DNA of 50,236 bases from Sphaeroforma arctica JP610. Its lineage: Eukaryota. The stretch covers positions 1 to 50,236 of the forward strand of contig NW_014039875.1 in assembly GCF_001186125.1 (NCBI RefSeq), read 5' to 3'. This document shows positions 1 through 12,300 of this stretch, in pieces; position 1 is the stretch's first letter, and every line of letters starts with the position of its first letter. The position numbers and the translations under genes are program-made. The notes below the pieces were generated by a model. The model was not told the DNA's origin. It made no database searches and saw nothing but the letters and a program-made list of their open reading frames with translations.

Positions 1-66
1 GAAGAAGCAGTTGAGTAAATGGTTGAATGAATGAACTCGACACTATTGTCTTGTTCATTGGGGAGG

Positions 67-561
67 TGTAATGTCAACCATGCTTACCTCCGATTTAAAA
101 CAATGTTGGTGTTGTAAGTACCGAACTGTTGGGTAATGTTCCTGGGCGTAAATAAGAGTGCGAGAACTTCTAAGTGTGGGCGATAACTTATATTAAATGA
201 AAACAAATAAGTTCGAAAAGTTCTAAGTTGTATAGTGCGGTTTGTTGGCGAACGGCCGCGCAGGCTCGAAAGAAGAAGAGGTTGGTGTATGATTTGTGCT
301 TTGTGAACCGAAGTGCGGGGTAATATGAGCTGGAGATTGGCAGATGACGATATATTTTGAATAGATTTGTAGGCTCGAAATTAAGGAGATACACGATATG
401 ATTGGCGGCAGGATTCTCAAGGAAATCCTTCGGAAATAGTACAAATATATGATTTATTTCATTAAGAAGTTCATTCTGCTAAGGTAGACGTTTACTCAAC
501 TATCGAGGGAATAAAACTAAGTTCACCGTTTCATTGTGTTTTGAGCCGATCTAAGATTACA
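67..561 (+). mobile_element. 3' LTR of a Ty3/gypsy element whose body lies left of the window
   Basis: TGTAAT...ATTACA inverted termini, directly preceded by a polypurine tract (GGGGAGG, 60-66). Positions ~205-561 are closely similar to 18640-18995, which sits directly upstream of gag-pol. Confidence 0.85.
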
Positions 562-1399
562 CTGTTCTACTTTTTACTTTTTAACCTGCGCCCTGCTAAT
601 CTGCTATGATGTAGAGTCCAAATTTAAGTACGATATTGCTTTTAGTTTTAAAGAGTGTAATAGCCGGGCCTCCATATTAGACTATGTTATAAACGTACTC
701 TTAATAGTGCAAGGAACTTAAGTTTCCTAAATGGGTTTTAATGGTTTTATTAATTAATACCTTTTCCATTTTACATATCAGATATTTGGACGAGGCCATT
801 AAAAGGCCCCAGTAAAATACCAAACATAAGAGTTAGTCTAGTTCTATTAATAGAACTATATTAACTTTCCAACTTTATTTATATCTGAATACTTCGGTAG
901 CGAGATGGCTCAACCGAATATAGGTTTCTAGGGACTATTAACGTTACCTAGTTGATCCTCCGGATCAGCCAACCAGATGTGCCAGTCTGATGAAGGCTTA
1001 AGTAGGTAATTCTTGATGAGTGGCAAGTTATTGGTTAAGACAATAGCTAAGGACATCAAGAGTATTTTTCCTTCTTTTTCTTCTTTTACTTTCTAAAGAT
1101 AAGATTTTATGAGTCTCTCAGATTCGCCCCAATGAAACATACCATAGTTTCTAATAGAGCGTCAACGAAACACTAAATAAAATCCCTTCGGCGGAAACAG
1201 TACTGAGAGGATTATATATAGGCAATGTCTCAGCCTCACAATCCCTCAGAGTTTTGCTGTTTTCACGAGGCATACCTAACTTTACTAAAAGTCTCATTTC
1301 GTTTATTTACTTCGATATTTTCACAATACTTATAATTTACCTACGCGTTTATTTACTCTAAGGCGTTAATATCGCCTTAATAGACTGAATCTTACAAGA

Positions 1400-2110
1400 G
1401 GAGATAATTTTACTATAGAGATTGACGCAGAAGTATCTTAAAAATCATTCTCATTGACAGTTATACGACTCAAATTCTTCGTCTTCACGAGTAATAAATG
1501 TATTCTTAGTCTCATCCCAATCGGACTATTGGTTAAAATGTTATTGAGTATTTCTGTTTGTACCAGAACTGAGTCAATCTAGCCACACGTAAGCGTTAAA
1601 TATACGTCCATCCATACCTTAAAAATCATAGCCTTCTAAATTGAACATAAAAACACGGCTCTTTGGATTAGGGTCGTGAGCAGAAATTAGGTTTCTTCCG
1701 ACGACTCTAGCAGAGACCCTAATCCAGAGGGCCATGATAAAAACAGACCTTTCTGCAATCTGCATACATAGCCATCTAAATTAAAATTATACACTTTCTG
1801 GCATTATAGCATACTACATGCTCTAATTGTCTTTGGGGTGTTATATGTGCGCGTATAGTGAGTCAGGATGTGTATTTCGGGTACTTCATATTAGAGAGAA
1901 CCAGTTCCTATATAAACCTCAAGACCGGCGGGGATTTTACTATGGAGGTTGACCCAGATGTATATTAACAAATATATCCCATTGGTCATTAAATAGATAA
2001 AATTGTTCGTATTGACGAGTAATAAACACATACTTAATCTCATCCCGATCGGGCTATTGGCTCATAAGTTATAGAGAATTTGGTTTGTACTAGAGTTAGG
2101 TCAAACTAGT
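1400..2110. repeat. Dispersed repeat (copy 1), internally duplicated, probably a non-autonomous TE
   Basis: 1905-2060 is nearly the exact reverse complement of 26272-26420, with weaker similarity across the rest of the block. 1400-1580 and 1930-2110 are degenerate copies of each other. Confidence 0.75.
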
Positions 2111-2180
2111 CAAACATGAGTACTATATAGGTCCGTTCACACCTATCAGACATCCTTGGAATCAAAGTAAGCTGCCCCTA

Positions 2181-2307
2181 TATTCTTTGGGATAATATAT
2201 GTCCGTTCATGCCACCTCTGAACATAAATTGTAACAGGAAGGAAACGAAGTACCCGATATATATGTTCAGAGGTGGCATGAACGGACATATATTATACCA
2301 AAGAATA
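2181..2307. mobile_element. MITE-like foldback element
   Basis: 46-bp inverted arms (2181-2226 and 2262-2307, one mismatch) around a 35-bp spacer. TA lies on the left and an N gap followed by (TA)n on the right. Confidence 0.6.
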
Positions 2308-2336
2308 NNNNNNNNNNNNNNNNNNNNATATATATA

Positions 2337-2368
<32 letters not shown>

Positions 2369-3386
2369 TATTAATAATAATATATATATATATATATATA
2401 TTTAATAATAATATATATATATATAAATAAATTAGATATATATATACTCTATTAACACGCTCCTATATACTGTATCATAGTATATAATGGTCATGTTATG
2501 AATATGATCATGTTATACATAAAAATACCGAATGTTAGAAAAATAGTTTGTTGTTGCCTACTTACTCCCGTGAGGTATTCGCCAACTCTCTATTACCTTC
2601 AATACGTTTTATTATTTAACGTATATTCTTTGAAAGTTTATACGTCTGGGTGCATGTTCAGAGCTGGGGTTCAAAAGACTCAGTATTTATTCACAGATTG
2701 TTCGTTTCTTACTACAATAAGCGTATTTTTTGTTTGTCTTTTGACCCGAGTAAACATTAAATAGTTTATATATAGAACACATAAGCGTTTACGTTTATCT
2801 TTTTAAGTTGTCCCTGTTTTTATCGGATTGAGGTTACTATTAGCTCTCAACCGCTCCGTTTTGGGTTCCGGTTGGCGGTGACGTTATGTTTAAAGTTTTT
2901 ACAAGATGGTATCTCGTATCTATAAATATATCGACTCATCGGGACTATGACGCAACTCTAAACAATGTTTTTCATAGATCTTCATCAATAAACCAGGTTT
3001 ACGATTGATCTCAGGGGAATGAGGAATGCATCGGCCATCAGGGCTCAGGACTCTCTCTCTGGTTTATTAGGTTTGGGCCAGAGCCCAGAATTCACGTGCA
3101 CCTATAACCTAATGTTGAACAACCGTTGCCTATAACCTAATGTTGAACAACCACTGAAATCGATGGACGGCGCTCTCTAGCTTGACTTCTCCACATACAC
3201 GCAAAAAAAACCATATATATAAGATCACTCTATGATCGTATTGAGCTTCAAAATATATAGTGTACCAACCTGCACTTTAAGCGCACACATTGGTGAATAC
3301 TTGTGTGCGGTGTAACTTGTGTGCGATTTGCGTCCTAGGCTGTATATAGGTCGTATACTTGGATAGTTCATATACTGCATTGTGTG

Positions 3387-6300
3387 ATGACGGACGTAGT
3401 TGCCTTGGAAAAGGTCTTTTTGGCCACTTTCCAACCGGGGACTACCAAGCAAGCCGAGGAACAACTCCGACTGGTATGGATATATATGCATGTTCATTCC
3501 CATACATATGTATAATCATATCATCGTACGTATATAGCTTTCTTCATGCTGCTGCATGGCAAGTCTCTGGGCAGACGGGTATTACGATATACTTGACATC
3601 GATTCGACCTGTAGATTTCGACCGCAATTATGATACACACAAAATTTGCATATTTGTGAATGATTTTAGAGACTGTAGTTTGATACACGCACGTACACGA
3701 ACAGATAGTGATATTCAAAATGCAGTCTTTTTTTGCACTCAATTCATATGTATATATATATATATATATTACATATACAAACTCAAAATCAATATTGGTA
3801 TTACATGAACATATGTATATACATATATATATATATATATATATCACGAATTCAAACCAAAATTGTTATGCGTAATACACGAACATATATATATATATAT
3901 ATGTTTGTTGCCTATGGTTTATGAGTATGAATGTATGTATGGTATGGGCGTATGAATGTATGGATACGGATACGTATATATATATGTATCGTCAATATGA
4001 ATGCATATACATTCGACATACCCAATTGTATGTTTACAACGCCATCGCCTCTGCCCCAGTACTCGCCTAGTCTGTGTCGCGTTTCGATTGCGGGTAGCAA
4101 TGGATTCCAGCATTTCGCTCTGTCGGTTCGGGAACATTCCATATACAGGAGTACGTGATTACAAGTCTTGATAGAAATAGAGCCAAAGTCTGCTTCTTAA
4201 ACTACAGTTCGGGATACGGGTACATGGTCAAACCAGTGTCCATTGTGGGTGTTTTAATTGGATAAGACCATTCCGCATTTATATATATTCACGAGTATAT
4301 TTTGGGGCTCAGCCCAAATTTCAATACTGAGGAATTGTATTTTGGCATTTGCAGCAGATGTATCCGGATACTATTATACGAAATGGCCAACCTCGGGCTG
4401 TTATATATCACACTGCCGAATTCCTCACTGATCTATCGCAACTATTATGTTGTTCAATGAGCATAGTGCCAATGTAATTATTCACAGCTATCATTATATA
4501 TGTGATACAAATTCTTATACATATATTTGTACATATACATATACATATACATGTAAACGTATAGACGTATGTACATGTATACAGACATATATGTATAATA
4601 TATATATATATATATACACATGTATGTATGTTTGTATGTATATTATATATATATATATCTAACTATATATATATGTGTGTGAATGTATTATATATATATA
4701 TATATATCGTCTGAATCGTGTTACATCCAGAAACTAACGATTTGTTCTGTTCATGTTCATATTTCTTTCTATTCAGCTATGCCATACACCCGGGTTCAGT
4801 GTCAGCTTGTCCCAGTTACTGGGGAAGTCTGGCATGGATGTTCAGGTGCAAAAGGCCGTTGCCGTCTACCTAAAGAACCACTTGCTTGGTTATTGGGTCG
4901 ACAGAGGTACCGAACATTTCTCCATACCCGCCGATGAGAAGGCCGCCATCCGAGACAACATTGTAGATATCATCTGTGGCGCTAACACTCAGATTCAGTA
5001 GGTTATATATATATATATATATTTAAATGTAATTGTATATGTGTGTGTATATGTATATGTATGTATATATGTACATATATATACACACACATATATGTAT
5101 ATATATGTATATCTATATATATGCGATACTAAATCATGCCTGTATCCTTCTCTGTAGACTGATTCCCGCTGTGGCCTTAGTCGTATCCCCCACATATACT
5201 ACCTTTCATCATCACTTGAACCTGTCCATATATCCTACCTCTACCGGCTAATCATACTATCTCATCCACTCCACGCTCATCCATGCCTGTTCCCTTCTCC
5301 ACAGAGTCATCCTGGCCGTAGCCTTTGGACGCATCCTAAACCACGACTACCCAGAACGTATGCCCAACGTAGTAGCGCAGATTGGGCAGCGCATGCAGAG
5401 CCAGGACATGAACGTCGTTGTGGGGTCACTCTTCTGTTTCCTGGAGATCTCCAAACGATACGAGTATGCCGCTACGTTTATGTGACTGTTTTGAATATAT
5501 GTTGATACGAGTATGACGCTACGTTTATGTGACTGTTTTGAGTATATGTTGATACGAGTATGTCGCTACGTTTACGTGACTGTTTCGAGTATATGTTGAT
5601 ACGAGTATGTGACTGTTTTGAGTATATGTTGAAACGAGTATGTCGCTACGTTTATGTGACTGTTTTGAGTGTATGTTGATACGAGTATGTCGCTACGTTT
5701 ACGTGACTGTTTTGAGTATATGTTGATACGAGTATGTGGCTGTTTTGAGTATATGTTGAAACGAGTATGTCGCTACGAGTATGTCGCTACGTTTATTCCT
5801 GGGTATATGTTCTCTGCGGTAGCTTGTGTGCAACGATCGGTGGTTTAAGTGTGCGGCGCGTGATTGTTTTGAGTATATGTTGCTACGTTTGCCCATCTCA
5901 TACGTTTTCTGCTGTAGCTGTGCGCAATGGCCTTGATCTTAAACATACCTATACGTGACTGGTTTGTTTATTGATTATGCTTTGGTTGGTCGTATGTCAA
6001 TCCATACTGTTTCTCTACACAGATCATTTCTTATTCCTATTTTCATCGGTTATTGTCTCTCTCCTATTCCTATTTTCATTGGTTTTTGTCTCCCCTATTC
6101 CTATTGATCATGGACTTGGAAAGGCTAAAAACCCTAAAACATATCTCTATACACAGATACAAAACAGCCAACGAGCGCGAGCACTTCGATAGCCTCATAC
6201 CCGATGCGTTCGCGTTTCTCCTGCAAATCGGAAACCACGTGGTTGCCATGGATACGCTCGAGAAAGCCCTGATCCTCAAGTTGGTGCTAAAGATCTTCTA

Positions 6301-9300
6301 CAATGCCATACACTACACCTTACCCACACAGATACAAGACCAGGCTATGCTTACCCCGTGGATGACCCTAATTGGACAGGTACATCGCCCTGGATACGTG
6401 TACGATTTAGTATATATAAATGTATTTTACATGAATCTACAAATATAAATACATACATACACACATATATATATGTGTGTGTGTGTGTGTATGTATATGT
6501 ATGTACATATGCATATACATAAACGAATGTTTATGTATATGTAATCATGTGTTCATGCCTTCATGTCTCTCCCACATTCACATTCATACGAAATCATTGA
6601 CACATCACTATACATACACCACTGTGTACTTCTTTATCCACCCGTCACATGTTTTCTGACATTGTTTATCCGATACTTCAGGTTGTCTCCACCGACGTGC
6701 CTGAGATGGAGGACCCCATCACCGGCAAAAACCCCGCCTGGTTGGCCAAGAAATGGGCCTGCAGTATTATTTTAGAGGTGTGAGGTTTGTGTGTGAGCAT
6801 GTAGCATCCCATGGTCTCAAAACCTTGTTTAGGGTAAAGGATTTTTTATTTGTCCTGTGCTCCTTGGCAGCAAACAAATATGGTGAAGTTCTGTACTTAC
6901 AAACCACACATAACAGACTCTCAGCCACAGCCACGACGGAGCACGAGACATGCGCAGAGATGACATGCACACACATCCACTCTTGTCTACAAAGCCTACT
7001 GTAACATACATATGCTAATTCATGTGAACATTCTGTTAAAAAGGCATATCTACTTGTATGCTCACATCTTTATCTGATATATATTCTAATTCATGCAAAC
7101 ACATCATTACACGCGGTACACTATCACATGCAGCAACCATTTCTTAATATAATATATATCCTCATCCATGCCAATGTATATTCACGTCTACATATATATC
7201 CTCATTCATGCCAATGTACATTCACATCCTCTCTCAGCTATTCACAACGTAAGTACATCTTCTCATGCACGCCAATGTACATTCACTTCTTCTTTCAGCT
7301 ATTCACAAGACTATAACTTATATATCCTCATCCATGCCAATGTACATTTCACATCCTCTCAGCTATTCACAAGACTATAACTTATATATCCTCATACATG
7401 CCAATGTACATTCACATCATCTTTCAGCTATTCACAAGACATATATCCGCATCCATGCCAATGTACATTCACATCCTCTTTCAGCTATTCACAAGACTAT
7501 AACTTATATATCCTCATCCATGCCAATGTACATTTCACATCATCTTTCAGCTATTCACAAGACTATAACTTATATTTTCTCATCCATGCCAATCGTACAT
7601 TCACATCCTCTTTCAGCTATTCACAAGACTATAACTTATATATCCTCATCCATAACAATGTACATTTCACATCATCTTTCAGCTATTCACAAGACTATAA
7701 CTTATATATCTTCATCCATGCCAATGTACATTCATATCCTCTTTCAGCTATTCACAAGACTATAACTTATATATCCTCATCCATGACAATGTACATTTCA
7801 CATCATCTCTCAGCTATTCACAAGACTATAACTTATATATCCTCATTCATGCCAAGGTACATTCACATCCTCTCTCAGCTATTCACAAGGTACGGACTGC
7901 CAGCCACAGCCAGAGACGAGCACAAGGCCTTTGCGGAGATGTTTGTGAAGTCATACGCCACCCCCGCCACAGAGATGGCTCTCACGCTGCTGATCAATAG
8001 CAAACGAGAGAACAAGTACCTCAGCTCACGCGTGCAGCAAGTGTGTATCAACATAGTCACGGCCGGCACCTCGCACGGGACTACCTGGAAGGTATAGGTG
8101 TATACGTATATGTGGTTGTATCGGTGGTGTCTGGGCCCTATATATACGTACGCATACGTATGTGTGTTTGTATTTGTGCCTGTGAGTGCATACTTCTACG
8201 TTTTGGATCTGTATCTAGGCCCATGTATGGACATACGTATTTGTATCTGTATATCCGGATGTATTTGTACCTTTCACCGGTGTGTGGGTTATATCGATGT
8301 CGTATGGTCCACGTGTGGGCCGCGTCTATTTATGAGTTTGAATAGCTGTTGTATCTGTATGTGTGCCTGTATTGCATTTTGTGCTGTGTTATATATTCGT
8401 GTGAGATTAGACACTATTCAAACGCTGGATAGTTGTTGTATCTATATGTGTGCCTGTAGTGCTCTATGTACTGTGTTAGATATTCGTGTGAGATTAGACA
8501 CTATTCAAACGCTGGATAGTTGTTGTATCTATATGTGTGCCTGTAATACACTATGTATTGTGTTATATATTCGTGTGAGATTAGACACTATTCAAACGCT
8601 GGATAGTTGTTGTAACTGCATGTGTGCCAATATTGCACACTGTGTTGTGTTATAAATTAGTGCCGAATTCGGTTATCCAAACGATGATCCGAATTAAATT
8701 TGTAAATAACAGATTGCGAAAATTTTGTTTGGACATTTTCGTTTCTCATTTCATATCCCTTTTGCGCTCTTACTATATTGTTTAAAATTTTAATTATTTT
8801 TACAACCGCTACTTCGGGGTTTAAATTTTAACACAGGTCGTTAAACCTCACCTGGAGACCATAGTATCCGATGTCATATTCCCTGTGTTGTGTCATAACG
8901 ATAAAGATGAGGAGTTATGGCAGGACGACCCACAGGAATACACCCGCGAGAAGTTCGATGTCATGGCCGACTTTGTGTCTCCAGCTGTAGCCGCTCAAAA
9001 CCTCCTTACAGAGATTGCTACCAGACGGTACGTACACACCCACAAACGTGTATATATATATTTTATTTTAATTTTAATTCTAAAATTGTAAGATTATATA
9101 TACAATTATATACCATATACTATATGTTTCTCCTTCAAACCTATTAATACAATAGGAACTAGCTGGTGTCCTACACACCCTATATCCTCCACCTTATCCA
9201 TTCTCCTCCTTCTCCACCCCCACAGCAAGAACACGCTCATGCCCTGTCTGCAATTCTGTAACTCCATCCTGGTTGAGTACCAAAACGCACTCAGCCAAGC

Positions 9301-12300
9301 CTCCCAACAGGCCCAGAGTGAAGCGCTGGTAGAGGCTATGATGCAACAGGGTCGCAGGAAGGACGGGGCTTTGTGCATGATAGGTACACTGGCACGTCTT
9401 ATTAACAAGAAGAAGGAACTCAAGGGCACCCTAGAGACCATGCTCATGACCCATGTCATCCCAGAGTTCTCGTCCAGTTTCGGGTTTATGCGGGCGCGAG
9501 CGTGCTGGGTGATGCAGTACTTCCATGGTGTGGCGCTGAGGAACGAGGCCGTAAGTATAATATTTAAGCATATGCATGTATGTATATATATATATATAAA
9601 GTGGTTCTAGTGTAGTCTAATCATGTGAAAAGTTTTTGCAATCACCCGTAGACAATCTGGTTTTTCCACTTTTGTAGATGGTGATTGAGTGCATGGATAA
9701 TGTCATCCGCTCTCTGCAAAATGTCCCGTTTTCCACATATTCCCGTCCCGTATTACACTCCTTGATGTCCTGTTATTCACCCATTGACATCCGTTATTCT
9801 CCTTCTGCAGGTGGTTATTGAGTGCATGGACAGTATCATCCGTTGTCTACATGATCCAGACCTACCTGTGCGTGTGATGGCTGGTGTTGGTCTCAAAGTC
9901 ATGGTAGAACACCCTGCTGCCAAGGAGAGGATCCGACCCCATTTGGGTAGGTTAATTTTGTGAAGCTATCGATGCATATATATATATATATATTGTGATT
10001 GACTGTGGGTATAACCCTAAGGGTGTTAGTGGTTGGTTAGGTGGCTAGCCTAGGCCTGGGACCTGGGGAAGGGTCAGGTTTAGGGTTACCCATAAGCAGG
10101 GGCTGAGAAGGGCCCAGACCTAGGGTTACCCATGTAGTGGGACCTGAGGGTCTCAGGTTTTGGTTCAGTGACGAGTCATCATCAAATATTATGTAGTCAT
10201 CACTACGGTTGTAGGGCAGAACCACTTTGGGAGTAATTTGATAATATAGATAGAGTGTGTGACAGGAGAACTGCCACACGCTACACCACTAATCTATTAA
10301 CTTAGTGAATAAACCTGTAATTTGTGCGAGTCTAACTAATGTCTAGAATCACTCACAATATATATATATATATACGGCTCAAGAATGGAACATGTTATCC
10401 TAATGTAACAACCAAGGTTAGTGTGTACGAAACACCACATATTACCCTTTCATATGTGCAGTGCATATCCGATTCGTATTGGCCTTCCAATCCACTTGTC
10501 TGCGCTAGCGTTGCCTTCTGTCTCATCGTCATTGGGTCAAGTCTAGGACGAGCTAATCAAACACACCACCGAGAGATGTTGTGTCACGTTTTATTCTATC
10601 CACATTCATACACGTATTGATGTGCCTTTTATTACCTACATTCACACTTGTTTACATACATCGTCTATTACCCTACCTTCACACTTGTTTTCATACATCG
10701 TCTATTTCCTAAATTCATACATGTATTGATACATCGTCTATTACCTACATTCACACTTGTTTTCATACATCGTCTATTACCCTACCGTCATTCATACACA
10801 CCCCATTCATAGTCACCTTATTCGATCTGTTTGACTACTGTCGCCTATTTCGCCTTCTCACTTCAACCGCTGGCGTTGCTGCCCCTGTCTTTGTCATGTC
10901 ATTAGGTCAAGTGTTAAACGAGCTTATCAAACTCACCAACGAGGCCGAGAACGATGACGTCGTGACTGTCATGGAAGACCTGGTGGCTGTGTACGGCACA
11001 GATTTGGGCGACGTATCCATCACACTCAGCGCTCAGCTGGCCCAGACATTCATTAACATGGTTAAAAGCTCGAGTGAGGTGTGTGGTAAACGACTGTGGG
11101 TGTAGAGTTATTGATTGTATGTGTATAGTGAAAGGTGTGTATGTATGTATGTATGTATGTATATATCTATCTATATGTCTATGTCTATATATAATCTATA
11201 TACATATCTATCTATATGCTATAATATGTATATATATTTAAAGGTATGTTATTCGATCCGTCTGATGCATACATCAAAATGTACTATGTTGATCATATGC
11301 ACAGCGCCTTGTGTCTATTATTAGCCAGCCAATTAGCCCTCCATTTAACATATATATATATATATATATATATTCTCGTAGTGGTCAGCGGTACTTCTTC
11401 TGGCACACAACAACGCAGCACACGTCCCCGTCTAGTCGAGTGTTAGAATAAACATCTCAGTTTCTTGGTGCGTGGATTGAGGGAGACTCCATTACAGCCA
11501 TACTACTGCTCTATACACACATGCATATGTGAGTGTGTATGTGTGTGTGTGTGCTTAGGACGTCTAACTGCAACGTAAACATTCAAGCATGTGCTTGTGC
11601 TTGTCAATAGCGCAGGCTAGTTTGTAAGTGAACGTACATTTATATATTATTTTGAACGAAGTGAACATTTGGATATTATTTTGAACGAAGTGAATATTTG
11701 GATATTATTTTGAACTGTGTCGATAGCCTTAGCGTAGACTACATCATACGGGTCTTTTGGCATACGGGTAGCTTGTAGCTCAGATGTGTTGCTCGCATTC
11801 GTGTACAGCATGTATTAGACATTTATATGAATCCTAATCCTGTATCTATTATATACTCTGTCTTCGTTTGTTTTTGATTGATAAGGCACACAAGGGATTT
11901 ATATTGTGTACGTATATATATATATATACTCTACATCGGTGATCAACATAAATATTAAATACAGACAATCACAACTGTGTGCACATTTTCTTATGTAGGA
12001 TAATGGTGAAGCTGTACTAAAAGCTACGACGATGCCAAGTAACCTCAATTTTTGGTCTGCATGTATCTACAATCATTTCCTTAAACACCTACGTATGTAC
12101 TACTCCACAAATACAAATACGTGAATATTACAATCCTGATTGTGCAGGATAATGACGAAGACGTGTATAAAGCCATGACCGCCCTAGGGACACTACGTGC
12201 GATGATGACTATTGTGGCCATCTATCAGGAAGCACCGGAGATGTTAGTACACATCGAGAAGAATATCCTGCCATGGTATGTAGGTTACATCTGTAGAGAC

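Noticed and set aside
11247..11496. Second intronic solo-LTR candidate (TGTTAT...ATTACA, AATAAA)
   Set aside because: Imperfect termini, no target-site duplication and no second copy in the window.
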